Assembly: GCA_019119815.1 (NCBI GenBank)
Contig: DWWH01000006.1
Coordinates: 130 to 64,129, forward strand
Length of the DNA stretch: 64,000 nt
Source: Candidatus Eisenbergiella intestinipullorum
GTDB taxonomy: Bacteria; Bacillota; Clostridia; Lachnospirales; Lachnospiraceae
Reading direction: 5' to 3'
The notes beneath the pieces are model-generated. The model saw only the letters and a list, made by a program, of their open reading frames with translations. It was not told the origin of the DNA and searched no databases. The position numbers were made by a program, and so were the translations under genes. This document shows, piece by piece, positions 26,816-35,632 of this stretch. Numbering within the stretch: position 1 is the stretch's first letter; each line of letters begins with the position of its first letter.

Positions 26816-27852
26816 ACGCCGCTCCAGAGGCTGTTTCCATCCCTGTCCAGCACGGAAACCCTTCTCCCCTGCCCCTTTCTTTCGGGGCAGCCTTCTCTTT
26901 CGGAGCGGCCTCCTGCTCCGGCACATTCTCTTCGTTCAAAGCAGCCTTCTCCGCCGGCGCCTCCCCTTCCGGAAAGCAGCACATATCTGGAAAATACGGA
27001 GGCTCCCGTCCCGAACAGCCTCTCCTGCGCCTCCCGGATATTTCCCGCGTGCATGGTTGCAAGCACCGCGCAGCCGCATTTCAGAGCCTGGCGCACGGAT
27101 TTAAGCTCCTCCTCGCCTCCCAGCTCATCTACGGCGATCACCTCCGGCGCCATGGACCGAAGCAGAAGCATCATCCCCTCCGCCTTCGGGCAGCCGTCCA
27201 GCACGTCCGTGCGCATTCCCACGTCGTTCTGCGCCATGCCGTGAAAGGAACCCGCGATTTCCGACCGTTCATCCACCACCCCCACCGTTCTTCCGGCGCA
27301 GAAACGGTTTCCGTCGGAAATCTGACGCACCAGATCCCGCAGCAGCGTGGTTTTCCCGCATCCTGGCGGAGAAAGAATCAGAACATTCAGCGGCCTTCCC
27401 TCTTCACAGACCCAGGGAAGCACTCTGTCCGCCGCCCCCCTGATCTCATGGGAGATCCGGATATTCATTCCGGATATGTATTTCAGATTTCTCACCTTTC
27501 CGCCGTCGGTCAGAACCGCTTCTCCCACCAGCCCCATCCTGTGCCCGCCCGGCAGGGTGAGATACCCTCTGCTGATCTCCTCCTCATATGCGTACATGGA
27601 GCTGCTGCACACATAGGACAGAAGCTCCTCCAGCTCCGCCCGGTCCGCCCGCACGGCCTGTCCCTCCTGTCCCGTCAGTTCTCCTGCCCCGGTCAGAAAA
27701 TATTCCCTTCCTTCCATATATAGAAGGACCGGCCTTTCGGCGCGCAGCCGGATCTCCTGAAGCCGCTCTCCCTGTTCTGCCGCCTTCTTCCACCGGTTTC
27801 TCATGCTTTCCGGAAAAATCCGGAGAATATCCTCCCTGACTGCCATTTTCAT
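26809..27852 (-). CDS. spoIIIAA: Stage III sporulation protein AA (secretion-type ATPase)
   Basis: MKMAVREDILRIFPE.., Walker A SPPGCGKTTLLRDL, VIAVDELG Walker B. First gene of the operon. A Gly/Arg/Glu-rich tail precedes the conserved ..VSVLDRDGN end. Confidence 0.9.
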   Translation of the reverse strand: MKMAVREDILRIFPESMRNRWKKAAEQGERLQEIRLRAERPVLLYMEGREYFLTGAGELTGQEGQAVRADRAELEELLSYVCSSSMYAYEEEISRGYLTLPGGHRMGLVGEAVLTDGGKVRNLKYISGMNIRISHEIRGAADRVLPWVCEEGRPLNVLILSPPGCGKTTLLRDLVRQISDGNRFCAGRTVGVVDERSEIAGSFHGMAQNDVGMRTDVLDGCPKAEGMMLLLRSMAPEVIAVDELGGEEELKSVRQALKCGCAVLATMHAGNIREAQERLFGTGASVFSRYVLLSGRGGAGGEGCFERRECAGAGGRSEREGCPERKGQGRRVSVLDRDGNSLWSGVC

Positions 27853-28020
27853 CTCTCCCTTTTATGTCTGTTCCGGCGGCTTCTCCTGCCGGAACTGCCT
27901 GACCACAACCTGCTTATCTCAATATATGAGGACGGGCGGTCAGATAGAATCGTATTCTCACGAATCCCCGCAGAAGCGGAAGAGAAACTCTGGAAAGAAA
28001 CGTGCGCCCCCAGGCGCGCG

Positions 28021-28063
28021 AAAAAACGCCCCGCAGCGATCATTCATAACCGCTGCGGGGCGT
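28021..28063 (-). terminator. Rho-independent terminator downstream of pnp
   Basis: Minus strand: ACGCCCCGCAGCG-12 nt-CGCTGCGGGGCGT followed by TTTTTT, about 110 nt after the pnp stop. Confidence 0.7.
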
Positions 28064-28173
28064 CTGTCTGCCGGTCCGGACCATACAGGCCCGGAACCGG
28101 GATTTTCTTTTTTTTAATTATTTTTTATACAAAAACTTCAACTTACCGGAATGGAACCGGAACAACCGGAAAC

Positions 28174-30264
28174 TCAGACCTGAGCCACGTCCTTCATGGA
28201 GAAGCTGGTTCTTCCCATCTTGTCCTTTCCAAGGCAGACAACCGTTACCTTGTCGCCAAGGGTGAGAACATCCTCGACGCGGTTGATTCTCTGCTTCGCG
28301 ATCTTGGAGATGTGAACCAGTCCTTCCTTGCCGGGAGCGAATTCGATGAAAGCGCCGAAATCCTTGATGCTCACAACGGTTCCCTGGAAGATCTGGCCTT
28401 CCTGGAACTCCGTGGTGATGATCTTGATCATTTCCATCGCCTTGTTCATCATTTCCTGATCGGTTCCGCAGATCGATACCTTTCCGTCATCCGTAATATC
28501 GATCTTCACGCCGGTACGGGCAATGATCTCGTTGATGGTCTTGCCTCTCTGGCCGACCACATCGCCGATCTTCTCCGGATCGATCTGCATGGAGATGATC
28601 TTGGGAGCGAAAGGTCCCACCTGCGGTCTGGGATGCGCGATGCAGGGCGTCATAATTTCATTGAGGATATATTCTCTCGCCTCTTTGGTCCTCGCGATGG
28701 CTTCCTCCACGATGGGTCTGGTCAGGCCGTGGATCTTGATATCCATCTGGATGGCGGTGATTCCGTCATGGGTTCCTGCCACCTTGAAGTCCATGTCTCC
28801 GAAGAAATCCTCCAGTCCCTGGATATCCGTCAGGACGATGTAATCGTCGTCCGTCTCACCGGTCACAAGGCCGCAGGAAATGCCTGCCACCTGCTTTTTG
28901 ATCGGAACGCCCGCCGCCATCAGGGACATGGTGGAAGCGCAGATGGACGCCTGGGAGGTGGAGCCGTTGGATTCAAAGGTTTCGGATACGGTACGGATCG
29001 CGTAGGGGAACTCTTCCTCGGAAGGAAGCACCGGAACCAGAGCCTTCTCCGCCAGCGCGCCGTGGCCGATCTCACGTCTTCCCGGTCCTCTGGAGGGTTT
29101 GGTCTCTCCTACGGAATAGGACGGGAAATTATAGTGATGCATGTATCTCTTGTTTACTTCATTTTCATCCAGTCCGTCGATCCTCTGCATCTCGGAAAGA
29201 GGAGCCAGGGTGGTCACGGTGCAGATCTGAGTCTGTCCGCGGGTGAACATGGCGGAACCGTGTACTCTGGGGATGATGTCCACCTCTGCCGCCAGAGGGC
29301 GGATCTGGTTGATGGCCCGGCCATCCGGGCGCTTGTGATCCTTCAGGATCATCTTGCGGACCGTCTTTTTCTGATACTGGTAGATCGCTTCTCCCAGAAG
29401 CGGAAGCCACTCTTCCTTATCGGCAAAAGCCTCCTCCAGCTTCTCCGTGATCTGACGGATATTTTCCTCACGGACCTGCTTTACGTCCGTGAATACTGCC
29501 TCTTCCATCTCTGCGGGCGGAACGATCTCACGGATCGCCGCGAACAGCTCCTCCGGAACTGCACAGCTGGTATAGGTGTGCTTTTCCTTTCCAACCTCAG
29601 CGACAATGTCATTGATGAACGCGATCAGCTTCTGGTTCACATCATGCGCCAAGTAGATCGCTTCGATCATCTTCTGCTCCGGAATCTCATTGGCTCCGGC
29701 CTCGATCATGATCACCTTCTGCGCGGTGGAAGCGACGGTTAGGTTCAGATCCCCGTTTTTCCACTGCTCCTGGGAAGGGTTGATGACGAATTCACCGTCC
29801 ACCATACCCACCTGGGTCATGGCGCAGGGACCGTCAAAGGGGATGTCAGAAATGCAGGTCGCGATGGCGGAACCGATCATGGCAACCAGCTCGGGCCTGC
29901 AGGCAGGATCCACGGACATGACCAGGTTGTCCAGGGTCACGTCATTGCGGTAATCCTTCGGGAACAGAGGGCGCATGGGACGGTCGATGACACGGCTGGT
30001 AAGCACCGCGTTTTCGCTGGCCTTTCCCTCTCTCTTGTTGAAGCCGCCGGGAATCTTACCCACGGCATACATCTTTTCTTCATATTCTACGCTGAGGGGG
30101 AAGAAATCGATTCCCTCCCTCGGCTTCTCGCTTGCAGTCGCGGTGGAAAGCACGGTGGTGTCTCCATAGTGCATGAAAGCCGCCCCGTTCGCCTGGGCGG
30201 CCACTCTGCCGATGTCTACGCTCAGCGTGCGTCCGCCGATCTCAATGGAAAATGTCCTGTACAT
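28174..30264 (-). CDS. pnp: Polyribonucleotide nucleotidyltransferase (PNPase)
   Basis: Two RNase PH domains plus KH and S1 (..GQIFQGTVVSIKDFGAFIEF..). ATG 30264 is preceded by AAGGAG. Downstream of rpsO as usual. Confidence 0.95.
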   Translation of the reverse strand: MYRTFSIEIGGRTLSVDIGRVAAQANGAAFMHYGDTTVLSTATASEKPREGIDFFPLSVEYEEKMYAVGKIPGGFNKREGKASENAVLTSRVIDRPMRPLFPKDYRNDVTLDNLVMSVDPACRPELVAMIGSAIATCISDIPFDGPCAMTQVGMVDGEFVINPSQEQWKNGDLNLTVASTAQKVIMIEAGANEIPEQKMIEAIYLAHDVNQKLIAFINDIVAEVGKEKHTYTSCAVPEELFAAIREIVPPAEMEEAVFTDVKQVREENIRQITEKLEEAFADKEEWLPLLGEAIYQYQKKTVRKMILKDHKRPDGRAINQIRPLAAEVDIIPRVHGSAMFTRGQTQICTVTTLAPLSEMQRIDGLDENEVNKRYMHHYNFPSYSVGETKPSRGPGRREIGHGALAEKALVPVLPSEEEFPYAIRTVSETFESNGSTSQASICASTMSLMAAGVPIKKQVAGISCGLVTGETDDDYIVLTDIQGLEDFFGDMDFKVAGTHDGITAIQMDIKIHGLTRPIVEEAIARTKEAREYILNEIMTPCIAHPRPQVGPFAPKIISMQIDPEKIGDVVGQRGKTINEIIARTGVKIDITDDGKVSICGTDQEMMNKAMEMIKIITTEFQEGQIFQGTVVSIKDFGAFIEFAPGKEGLVHISKIAKQRINRVEDVLTLGDKVTVVCLGKDKMGRTSFSMKDVAQV

Positions 30265-30464
30265 TTCGTCACTCCTTTTCCTGAATCCTTCTCGTTTTCG
30301 TCTGTGCAGCACCGGTCCAGGCAGAAGATGCCGAAACTACTGACAGAGACACTTTATCTGCAAATGCCGCTGTCAGTGGTCTCGGAGAATCTTTCTGACC
30401 TGAACACAGGGAATAAGGCGGCGGGCTCCGGTCCTTGCCAGAGCCGCATCCGCCTTGTTCTGTC

Positions 30465-30731
30465 TTACTTTCTGAGTCCCAGTCTGTCGATCAGGGAACG
30501 ATACCTCTCGATGTCCTTATTCTTCAGATAATCCAGCATACCCCTTCTCTGTCCTACCATCTTCAGAAGTCCTCTTCTGGAGTGATGGTCCTTGGGGTTG
30601 TTCTGCAGGTGCTCGGTCAGCTCTCTGATCCTCTCGGTGAGAACTGCGATCTGAACCTCCGGTGAACCCGTGTCTCCCTCGCATCTGGCATACTCTTTGA
30701 TGATCGCTGTCTTCTTCTCTTTGGAAATCAT
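30465..30731 (-). CDS. rpsO: 30S ribosomal protein S15
   Basis: 88 aa; [37 protein letters not shown]. Confidence 0.95.
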   Translation of the reverse strand: MISKEKKTAIIKEYARCEGDTGSPEVQIAVLTERIRELTEHLQNNPKDHHSRRGLLKMVGQRRGMLDYLKNKDIERYRSLIDRLGLRK

Positions 30732-30823
30732 CTGTGGTTTCTCCTTTCTTTTTTAGATCGCCGCACACCAGGACGAGGCCGGAGAGTCCGTCACCCGGGC
30801 ATGGGCTGAATTCATACGGTAGC

Positions 30824-30852
30824 AGTATAGCATACTTCCGTCAGAATGTAAA
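30824..30852 (-). promoter_or_regulatory. Sigma-A-like promoter upstream of rpsO
   Basis: Minus strand: TTTACA-17 nt-TATACT with TGc extended -10, about 90 nt upstream of the rpsO ATG. Confidence 0.5.
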
Positions 30853-30881
30853 TCACCGAATTGATTTATTTCTCCAGCTCT

Positions 30882-31016
30882 GTTACAGCTCAGTCTTCGG
30901 CAAATCTGTAACGGCATCCGGCCATTCCAAGCGCTTCGCGCCAGGCCGGATGCTTCCAGCCGGTCTGTTTTCGTACGGTCTGCGCATTCACTGCGCAGAC
31001 CTGGCTGAGTAGTAAT
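30882..31016 (+). mobile_element. 135-bp MITE-like element, copy 1 (inside the 3' end of phnX)
   Basis: 94-96% identical to copies at 49083-49217 and 58453-58587. Terminal inverted repeats GTTACAGCTCAG.. / ..CTGAGTAGTAA(T). Flanked by the 8-bp direct repeat CCAGCTCT (30874-30881 and 31017-31024). Confidence 0.85.
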
Positions 31017-31797
31017 CCAGCTCTTCCAGAAAGGCGGGAAGCTCTGACAGGTTCCGCAGCACTGCGGTTGCGCCGGCCGCGAGGAACTTCTCTCTCACCT
31101 GTCCGCACAGCCTTTCTTTTTCTTCCGCGGGAAGCGCTTCATATTCCTCTTCGGTAAGCCCCATGGCGGAGCTTCCTTCCAGAATGCCAAGGGAAGGCAT
31201 GCCGGCCGCCAGCCCCTCTTTAATATCAGAGACCGTATCACCGACCTTGACGGCGGCGGCTACGGAAGTGACCTCCAGCTTTTTCAGATTTTCAAAAATC
31301 ATATAGGGATAGGAGCGGCCGAAATTGCCCACGCTGTTCGGGGAAAACCAGCAGTCCGGGCTGTAGCCCTTTTCAGCGGCCGCCGGGACCACGATCCGCA
31401 TCATTTCGTCCGTATATCCTGTGGTGGAACCGATCCTGATGCCTTCTTCCCGCAGCTTCCGCACCACCTCCAGAACATGCGGCTTGGGATCTGCAAACCT
31501 GTGCACGATCCTGAGAATGCTTTTTTCCGAAGTCTGATAGACCTGCTCCACATCCGCTTCCGTGAAATCCCTTCCATGGACCCGCTTCCATTCACCGCGG
31601 ATGCGTTCCATATTCATCATGGTGCGGACGTGATCCCTCTTCAGCATTCCCATGGGTTCCCGCACCTCTGCCAGGGTGGGCGTGATCCCATATTCCTCAA
31701 AGGCCGTGATAAAGGCCTGCACCGGTGCGAAGCAGCCATAGTCCACCGTGGTACCCGCCCAGTCAAGGATCACCGCTTCTGTTTTTCTCCTGTTCAT
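30988..31797 (-). CDS. phnX: Phosphonoacetaldehyde hydrolase (phosphonatase), C-terminus supplied by the MITE
   Basis: HAD-type MNRRKTEAVILDWAGTTVDYGCFAP.. with catalytic DWAGT and the Lys-containing cap (..MGMLKRDH..). The last 8 codons and the stop lie inside the repeat element. Confidence 0.9.
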   Translation of the reverse strand: MNRRKTEAVILDWAGTTVDYGCFAPVQAFITAFEEYGITPTLAEVREPMGMLKRDHVRTMMNMERIRGEWKRVHGRDFTEADVEQVYQTSEKSILRIVHRFADPKPHVLEVVRKLREEGIRIGSTTGYTDEMMRIVVPAAAEKGYSPDCWFSPNSVGNFGRSYPYMIFENLKKLEVTSVAAAVKVGDTVSDIKEGLAAGMPSLGILEGSSAMGLTEEEYEALPAEEKERLCGQVREKFLAAGATAVLRNLSELPAFLEELDYYSARSAQ

Positions 31798-31800
31798 CTC

Positions 31801-32166
31801 TTACCCCTCCTTCTGACAATGGGCTTCCAGAAATTCCTTCATAATACCGCATACCCGGTCGATGTCCTCCGGATAGATCTCCCCGATGTTTCCGATGCGG
31901 AAGGTATCGGCATCCGTCACCTTTCCGGGATAGATCGCATAGCCCCGCTCCTTGATATAACGGTACATCTCGTCGAAGGGAAAATGCCTTCCCTCCGGAT
32001 AAAAGAAGGTCGTGATGACCCGGGCCATGCTCCCGGCAGCCGTCACGATCCTGGCCGGGATCTCCTCTGTCTTTTCCTCTCCGGTCAGGGGATAACCGTA
32101 TCTGGTCCGGAAAGCCCCATCCGCTTTCCCGAGGGCCTCAGTCCCCCATACTGCGCTTCGATCCAA
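31801..32166 (-). pseudogene. phnW: Remnant of 2-aminoethylphosphonate-pyruvate transaminase (C-terminal ~90 aa only)
   Basis: ..ARVITTFFYPEGRHFPFDEMYRYIKERGYAIYPGKVTDADTFRIGNIGEIYPEDIDRVCGIMKEFL is the C-terminal small domain of PhnW/class-V aminotransferases. The PLP-binding large domain is absent. Weak frame-shifted similarity may continue to ~32330. Confidence 0.6.
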
Positions 32167-32395
32167 AGGCGGATCCCCTTTTCCATGCTCTCCTCCGTTC
32201 CGGAGCGATGCAGTCTCCGCTCCTGTAGTTTCTCTACAATTTTCCCCGCTCTGTTTTCCTTCCCCGGCACGCCTTCTGCCTCTGCTCTCCTGTCCGGCGG
32301 CAAAATCCGGCCAAAGTAAAAATTATGTAAAGTCCCGCAGCAGGCGCTGCCGCTTTGTCCTGTCTGCTGTCCTGCCGCATTTGGAACAACGGTCT

Positions 32396-32449
32396 CCAAA
32401 ATTTTGAAAGGCTTCCGGGAAACCTTTTCCGGTCTCTCGGAAGCCTTTC
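32396..32449 (-). terminator. Terminator hairpin after the NlpC/P60 gene
   Basis: 12-bp stem GAAAGGCTTCCG / CGGAAGCCTTTC followed on the minus strand by AAAATTTT, about 65 nt after the stop at 32516. Confidence 0.55.
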
Positions 32450-32515
32450 ATAAACCATACCCCATACGTCATATGTGCCGGGGCGCATCTCTTTTCTTTA
32501 TGCTCCGGTCCCGTC

Positions 32516-33547
32516 TCAGGTATTCAGCACCCGCTTTACCGCATAGGGAGTTCGGTAGGAAGCATTGGAGATCTTAATGCCCGTTCTCGCGTTGCTGGCA
32601 TGAATCACCTGGCCGTTTCCAATATAGATCGCCACATGGTTGACCCTTCCGTTCTTCGCATAGAATACCAGGTCTCCAGGCTGCGCCTCAGACAGGCTGA
32701 CCTTGCTTCCCACCGTACTCTGCGCCGAAGAAGTCCTCGGCAGGGATACGCCGTATTTTTTGAAAATGCTCTGCACGAAGCCGGAGCAGTCCGCTCCGTT
32801 GGTCAGGCTGGTGCCGCCCCAGACATAAGGATTGCCCAGAAACTGCTTCGCATAATTGACCAGATCCACCCGCACGTCGGAAACGCCCTTGCCATAGATC
32901 AGCTCGGTCTGTGTCACCGCCCGGTCCAGCTTCTTTGCGATGTTCACATAATCGGCGGAAACATAGGCCTCTTCATCATCCAGCATGATCTTCACCCAGC
33001 CGTCCAGCTGCTCCACGACTTCCAGCTCCTCGCCTTCCGCTACCAGCGTGATGACCGGACTTTCCGTGCTGGGCTCCTCGCGCACGCGCAGGCCGCCGGA
33101 ATTGCAGACCGCCATGTCGGTGGCTACCTCATCCGCCCGGTCTCTCGCTTCCTTTCCGGTCAGCAGATATTCCGCCTTCACATAGCCCGTCACCTTTCCG
33201 GACTTGATATAGGCCCATCCGTCCTCGATCTCATAAACTTCGCAGCCGCTGTTTTTGCTCATCTTGCCGACCAGCTTGCCGTCCTCGGAGGGCTCCTCTC
33301 TCACATTCAGATAATTGGATACGTTTGCGATGCCCAGATTGCTGAAGCCATAGATGGCCTTCCGCTCATTCTTCGCTTCCTCAGCGGCAGCCAGATAATC
33401 CTCCTCCGCCAGGTCAGCTTCCAGGATCTGACCCACGCCGGCGGAAGGCAGAGCTGATGTCTGAGCTGCCAGAACCGGTTCCGACCAGACAAGACAGAGC
33501 GCTGCTCCGACTGCAAACAACCTCATCGCTTTCGTTCCCTTGATCAT
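32516..33547 (-). CDS. Secreted NlpC/P60 (C40) peptidoglycan endopeptidase with SH3b repeats
   Basis: Signal peptide MRLFAVGAALCLVWSEPVLA, two SH3b-like repeats (..GWAYIKSGKVTGYV.., ..GWVKIMLDDEEAYV..), and C-terminal catalytic YVWGGTS...GADCSGFV...GDLVFY...NHVAIYIG. ATG 33547 is preceded by GGAGAAGG. Confidence 0.9.
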   Translation of the reverse strand: MIKGTKAMRLFAVGAALCLVWSEPVLAAQTSALPSAGVGQILEADLAEEDYLAAAEEAKNERKAIYGFSNLGIANVSNYLNVREEPSEDGKLVGKMSKNSGCEVYEIEDGWAYIKSGKVTGYVKAEYLLTGKEARDRADEVATDMAVCNSGGLRVREEPSTESPVITLVAEGEELEVVEQLDGWVKIMLDDEEAYVSADYVNIAKKLDRAVTQTELIYGKGVSDVRVDLVNYAKQFLGNPYVWGGTSLTNGADCSGFVQSIFKKYGVSLPRTSSAQSTVGSKVSLSEAQPGDLVFYAKNGRVNHVAIYIGNGQVIHASNARTGIKISNASYRTPYAVKRVLNT

Positions 33548-33651
33548 AGACAATCCTTCTCCTGATTCGTACAGAAATCCCGGAGTACGGATGCGTCCGC
33601 ATTCCTTACAGATTCCTTTCAAAATATTACAAATATGTTACATCTTTATTT

Positions 33652-33680
33652 ATTATATGAGAATCCGCAGGCTCTGTCAA
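33652..33680 (-). promoter_or_regulatory. Consensus sigma-A promoter for the NlpC/P60 gene
   Basis: Minus strand: TTGACA-17 nt-TATAAT (both hexamers perfect), about 100 nt upstream of ATG 33547. Confidence 0.65.
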
Positions 33681-33728
33681 TCCGTTTTTTCCTGTCCTGC
33701 CGTGCTTCGCCTTACGTCCTGGCCCGGC

Positions 33729-34652
33729 TCATTCCTGCTCCCAGTACCTGCGTCCTTCCCGGATGTCCCTCTCCATGTTCTGCTTCAGCTCATCCACATC
33801 TGAAAATTTCCGTTCCGGCCGGCAGAAGGAATACAGACTCACCTCCACATATTCTCCATAGATCTCGCTGTCGAAATCATACAGATAGGTCTCCACGCTC
33901 ATCTGCCCGGAATCACTCACTGTAGGCCGGCAGCCGATATTGGTGATCCCGGGAAGGCTGACGCCGGAAAAGTTCAGGCGGGAAAGGTAGACGCCGTTGG
34001 GAGGAAGCAGCTTGTCCTTCTCCGGAAGGAGATTTACCGTGGGCATGCCCAGCGTCCTGCCCAGCTGTTTTCCATGCATCACCCGGCCGGAAACCATATA
34101 GGGAGCGCCCAGCAGCTTCGCCGCAAGCTCCATTTCTCCCTGATGCACCGCCTCACGCACATAGGTGGAGCTGATCTCCCTGCCGTTGTACAGGATCTTG
34201 TCAATGACCTCCACCTGATAGCCCAGCTTCCGGGAGAGGGCAAACAGAAGACGCCAGTCCCCCTTTCCTCCGTCTCCGAAGGAAAGATCCGTTCCCGCGG
34301 CCAGATACCTGACATGCATTTTCCCGCAGAGGATCTCCCGGACAAAGTCTTCCGGCGGGATCGCCGCCGTCTGCGCATTCATCGGAAATTCGATCAGAAC
34401 ATCCACGCCCATCTGCTCAAAGCAGCGGCGCTTTTCTTCTCTCGTCATGAGGCCCGCCTGCGGCTTCCCCGAAAAAAAAACGCCCGGCGGCGGGTCGAAC
34501 GTAAATACGGCAGCGGCCAGGCCATCCTCCTTCGCCTTCAGGATCCTGTCCAGCAGCTTCCTGTGGCCGAGATGGACGCCGTCAAATTTCCCGATCGCCG
34601 CCGCCGTATGCATATCGCATTCAAATTCCATCGTTCCCGAAATGATCTGCAT
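33729..34652 (-). CDS. ribF: Bifunctional riboflavin kinase / FAD synthetase
   Basis: AIGKFDGVHLGHRKLL (nucleotidyltransferase) and C-terminal GR..G...G.PT.N, riboflavin kinase ..YGEYVEV.. motifs. Confidence 0.95.
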   Translation of the reverse strand: MQIISGTMEFECDMHTAAAIGKFDGVHLGHRKLLDRILKAKEDGLAAAVFTFDPPPGVFFSGKPQAGLMTREEKRRCFEQMGVDVLIEFPMNAQTAAIPPEDFVREILCGKMHVRYLAAGTDLSFGDGGKGDWRLLFALSRKLGYQVEVIDKILYNGREISSTYVREAVHQGEMELAAKLLGAPYMVSGRVMHGKQLGRTLGMPTVNLLPEKDKLLPPNGVYLSRLNFSGVSLPGITNIGCRPTVSDSGQMSVETYLYDFDSEIYGEYVEVSLYSFCRPERKFSDVDELKQNMERDIREGRRYWEQE

Positions 34653-34699
34653 TCCATCCCTCCTGCCTGATTCCTGCTGCGCTGCTTTGCTCCCGCAGC

Positions 34700-35632
34700 C
34701 TACGTCAAAAACATTTTCACCGGGCGAAAGCTTCCTGACTTTCCCCGTTTTGGATCAAAGGCATAAAGCCCGTAGAAAACACCGTCCTGTCCGCACACCC
34801 GAAGCCATCCGCTGTCCGGCGCCGCAGGATCCGGCAGCACGCCCGCAGAAGCCTCCGGGATCACCTGCTCCGGGAAAAGCTCGTTTCCGTTGCGCACCAG
34901 CCGTTCAAACTCCGGCCTCACAATCAGGCGGGGGCAGCGGGAAAACAGCTCCTCCACCGGCGTCAGCGCTTCTTCCAGCCGTCCCTCCCCTGCCAGGCTC
35001 TCCAGCCGGGAAAGCGTCAGCGCTTCTTCCAGGCAGAACCGTCCCACCCGCGTGCGCTTCAGGCTCTTCATCGTACCGCCGCAGCCCAGCTTTTTCCCAA
35101 TATCATGGCAGAGCGTGCGGATATAGGTCCCCTTCGAGCACTCCACCCGGAAGGTGATCTCCGGAAGCTGTGTCTTAAGGATCCGGATGGAAAAGATCCG
35201 CACCGGTCTGGGACGGCGCTCCACCTCTTTTCCGGCCCTTGCCAGCTCGTAGAGCTTCTTTCCATTTACCTTGAGAGCGGAATACATGGGAGGGATCTGC
35301 TCATAGGTTCCGATAAAAGAACGCACCGCCTCCTCCGCCTCCTCTTCGTTCACCGTCACCGCATGCTCCTGAAGAACAGTTCCGGAAATATCCTGAGTAT
35401 CGGTCTCCCTTCCCAAAAGCAGAACGGCCTCATACTCCTTGGTCTCGCCGGCGAGCAGCTCGCACAGCTTCGTGGCATTTCCCAGACATACGGGAAGTAC
35501 CCCGACCGCATCCGGGTCCAGGGTACCTGTATGGCCGATCTTCTTCTGGCCGCATATGCCGCGCAGCTTCGCCACCACATCATGGGAGGTAAAACCCGCT
35601 TCCTTATATACATTCAGCACGCCGTTCTTCAT
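34700..35632 (-). CDS. truB: tRNA pseudouridine(55) synthase
   Basis: MKNGVLNVYKEAGFTSHDVVAKLR..GHTGTLDPDAVGVLPV (catalytic Asp) and a PUA-like C-terminus. ATG 35632 is preceded by GGAGGAG. Confidence 0.95.
   Translation of the reverse strand: MKNGVLNVYKEAGFTSHDVVAKLRGICGQKKIGHTGTLDPDAVGVLPVCLGNATKLCELLAGETKEYEAVLLLGRETDTQDISGTVLQEHAVTVNEEEAEEAVRSFIGTYEQIPPMYSALKVNGKKLYELARAGKEVERRPRPVRIFSIRILKTQLPEITFRVECSKGTYIRTLCHDIGKKLGCGGTMKSLKRTRVGRFCLEEALTLSRLESLAGEGRLEEALTPVEELFSRCPRLIVRPEFERLVRNGNELFPEQVIPEASAGVLPDPAAPDSGWLRVCGQDGVFYGLYAFDPKRGKSGSFRPVKMFLT

Noticed and set aside
26830-26940. Gly/Arg/Glu-rich tail of SpoIIIAA with short imperfect direct repeats (CTTTCGGGGCAGCC / CTTTCGGAGCGGCC), overlapping alternative ORFs 26289-27062 and 26297-26926
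   Set aside because: The canonical SpoIIIAA end (..VSVLDRDGN..) and the SpoIIIAB start (MLRLVGACLL..) are both present in the expected frames. The long upstream extensions in the ORF track are GC-rich read-in, not genes.
26761-27180. My hand count of the printed sequence appeared to be 1 nt out of register with the ORF track across this interval
   Set aside because: Probably my own counting error at line breaks. ORF-track coordinates were used for spoIIIAA and spoIIIAB, and no biological claim depends on it.
27921-27928. CATATATT on the minus strand about 70 nt upstream of spoIIIAA as a sigma-E type -10 element
   Set aside because: No convincing -35 partner sits at the proper spacing. It is plausible biologically because spoIIIA is sigma-E dependent in Bacillus, but the sequence alone does not support it.
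30890-31108. ORF-track entries running through the three MITE copies (30890-31108, 49084-49324, 58454-58771, and plus-strand counterparts) that share peptide strings such as ..QTGWKHPAWREA..
   Set aside because: The shared peptides come from the repeated DNA. The frames start and stop in unrelated flanks, have no SD, and the element is only 135 bp. They are not coding.
33548-33651. Possible c-di-AMP (ydaO-type) riboswitch in the leader of the NlpC/P60 hydrolase gene
   Set aside because: The leader is only ~100 nt and lacks the ydaO-type conserved blocks as I recall them. It contains just one small imperfect hairpin.
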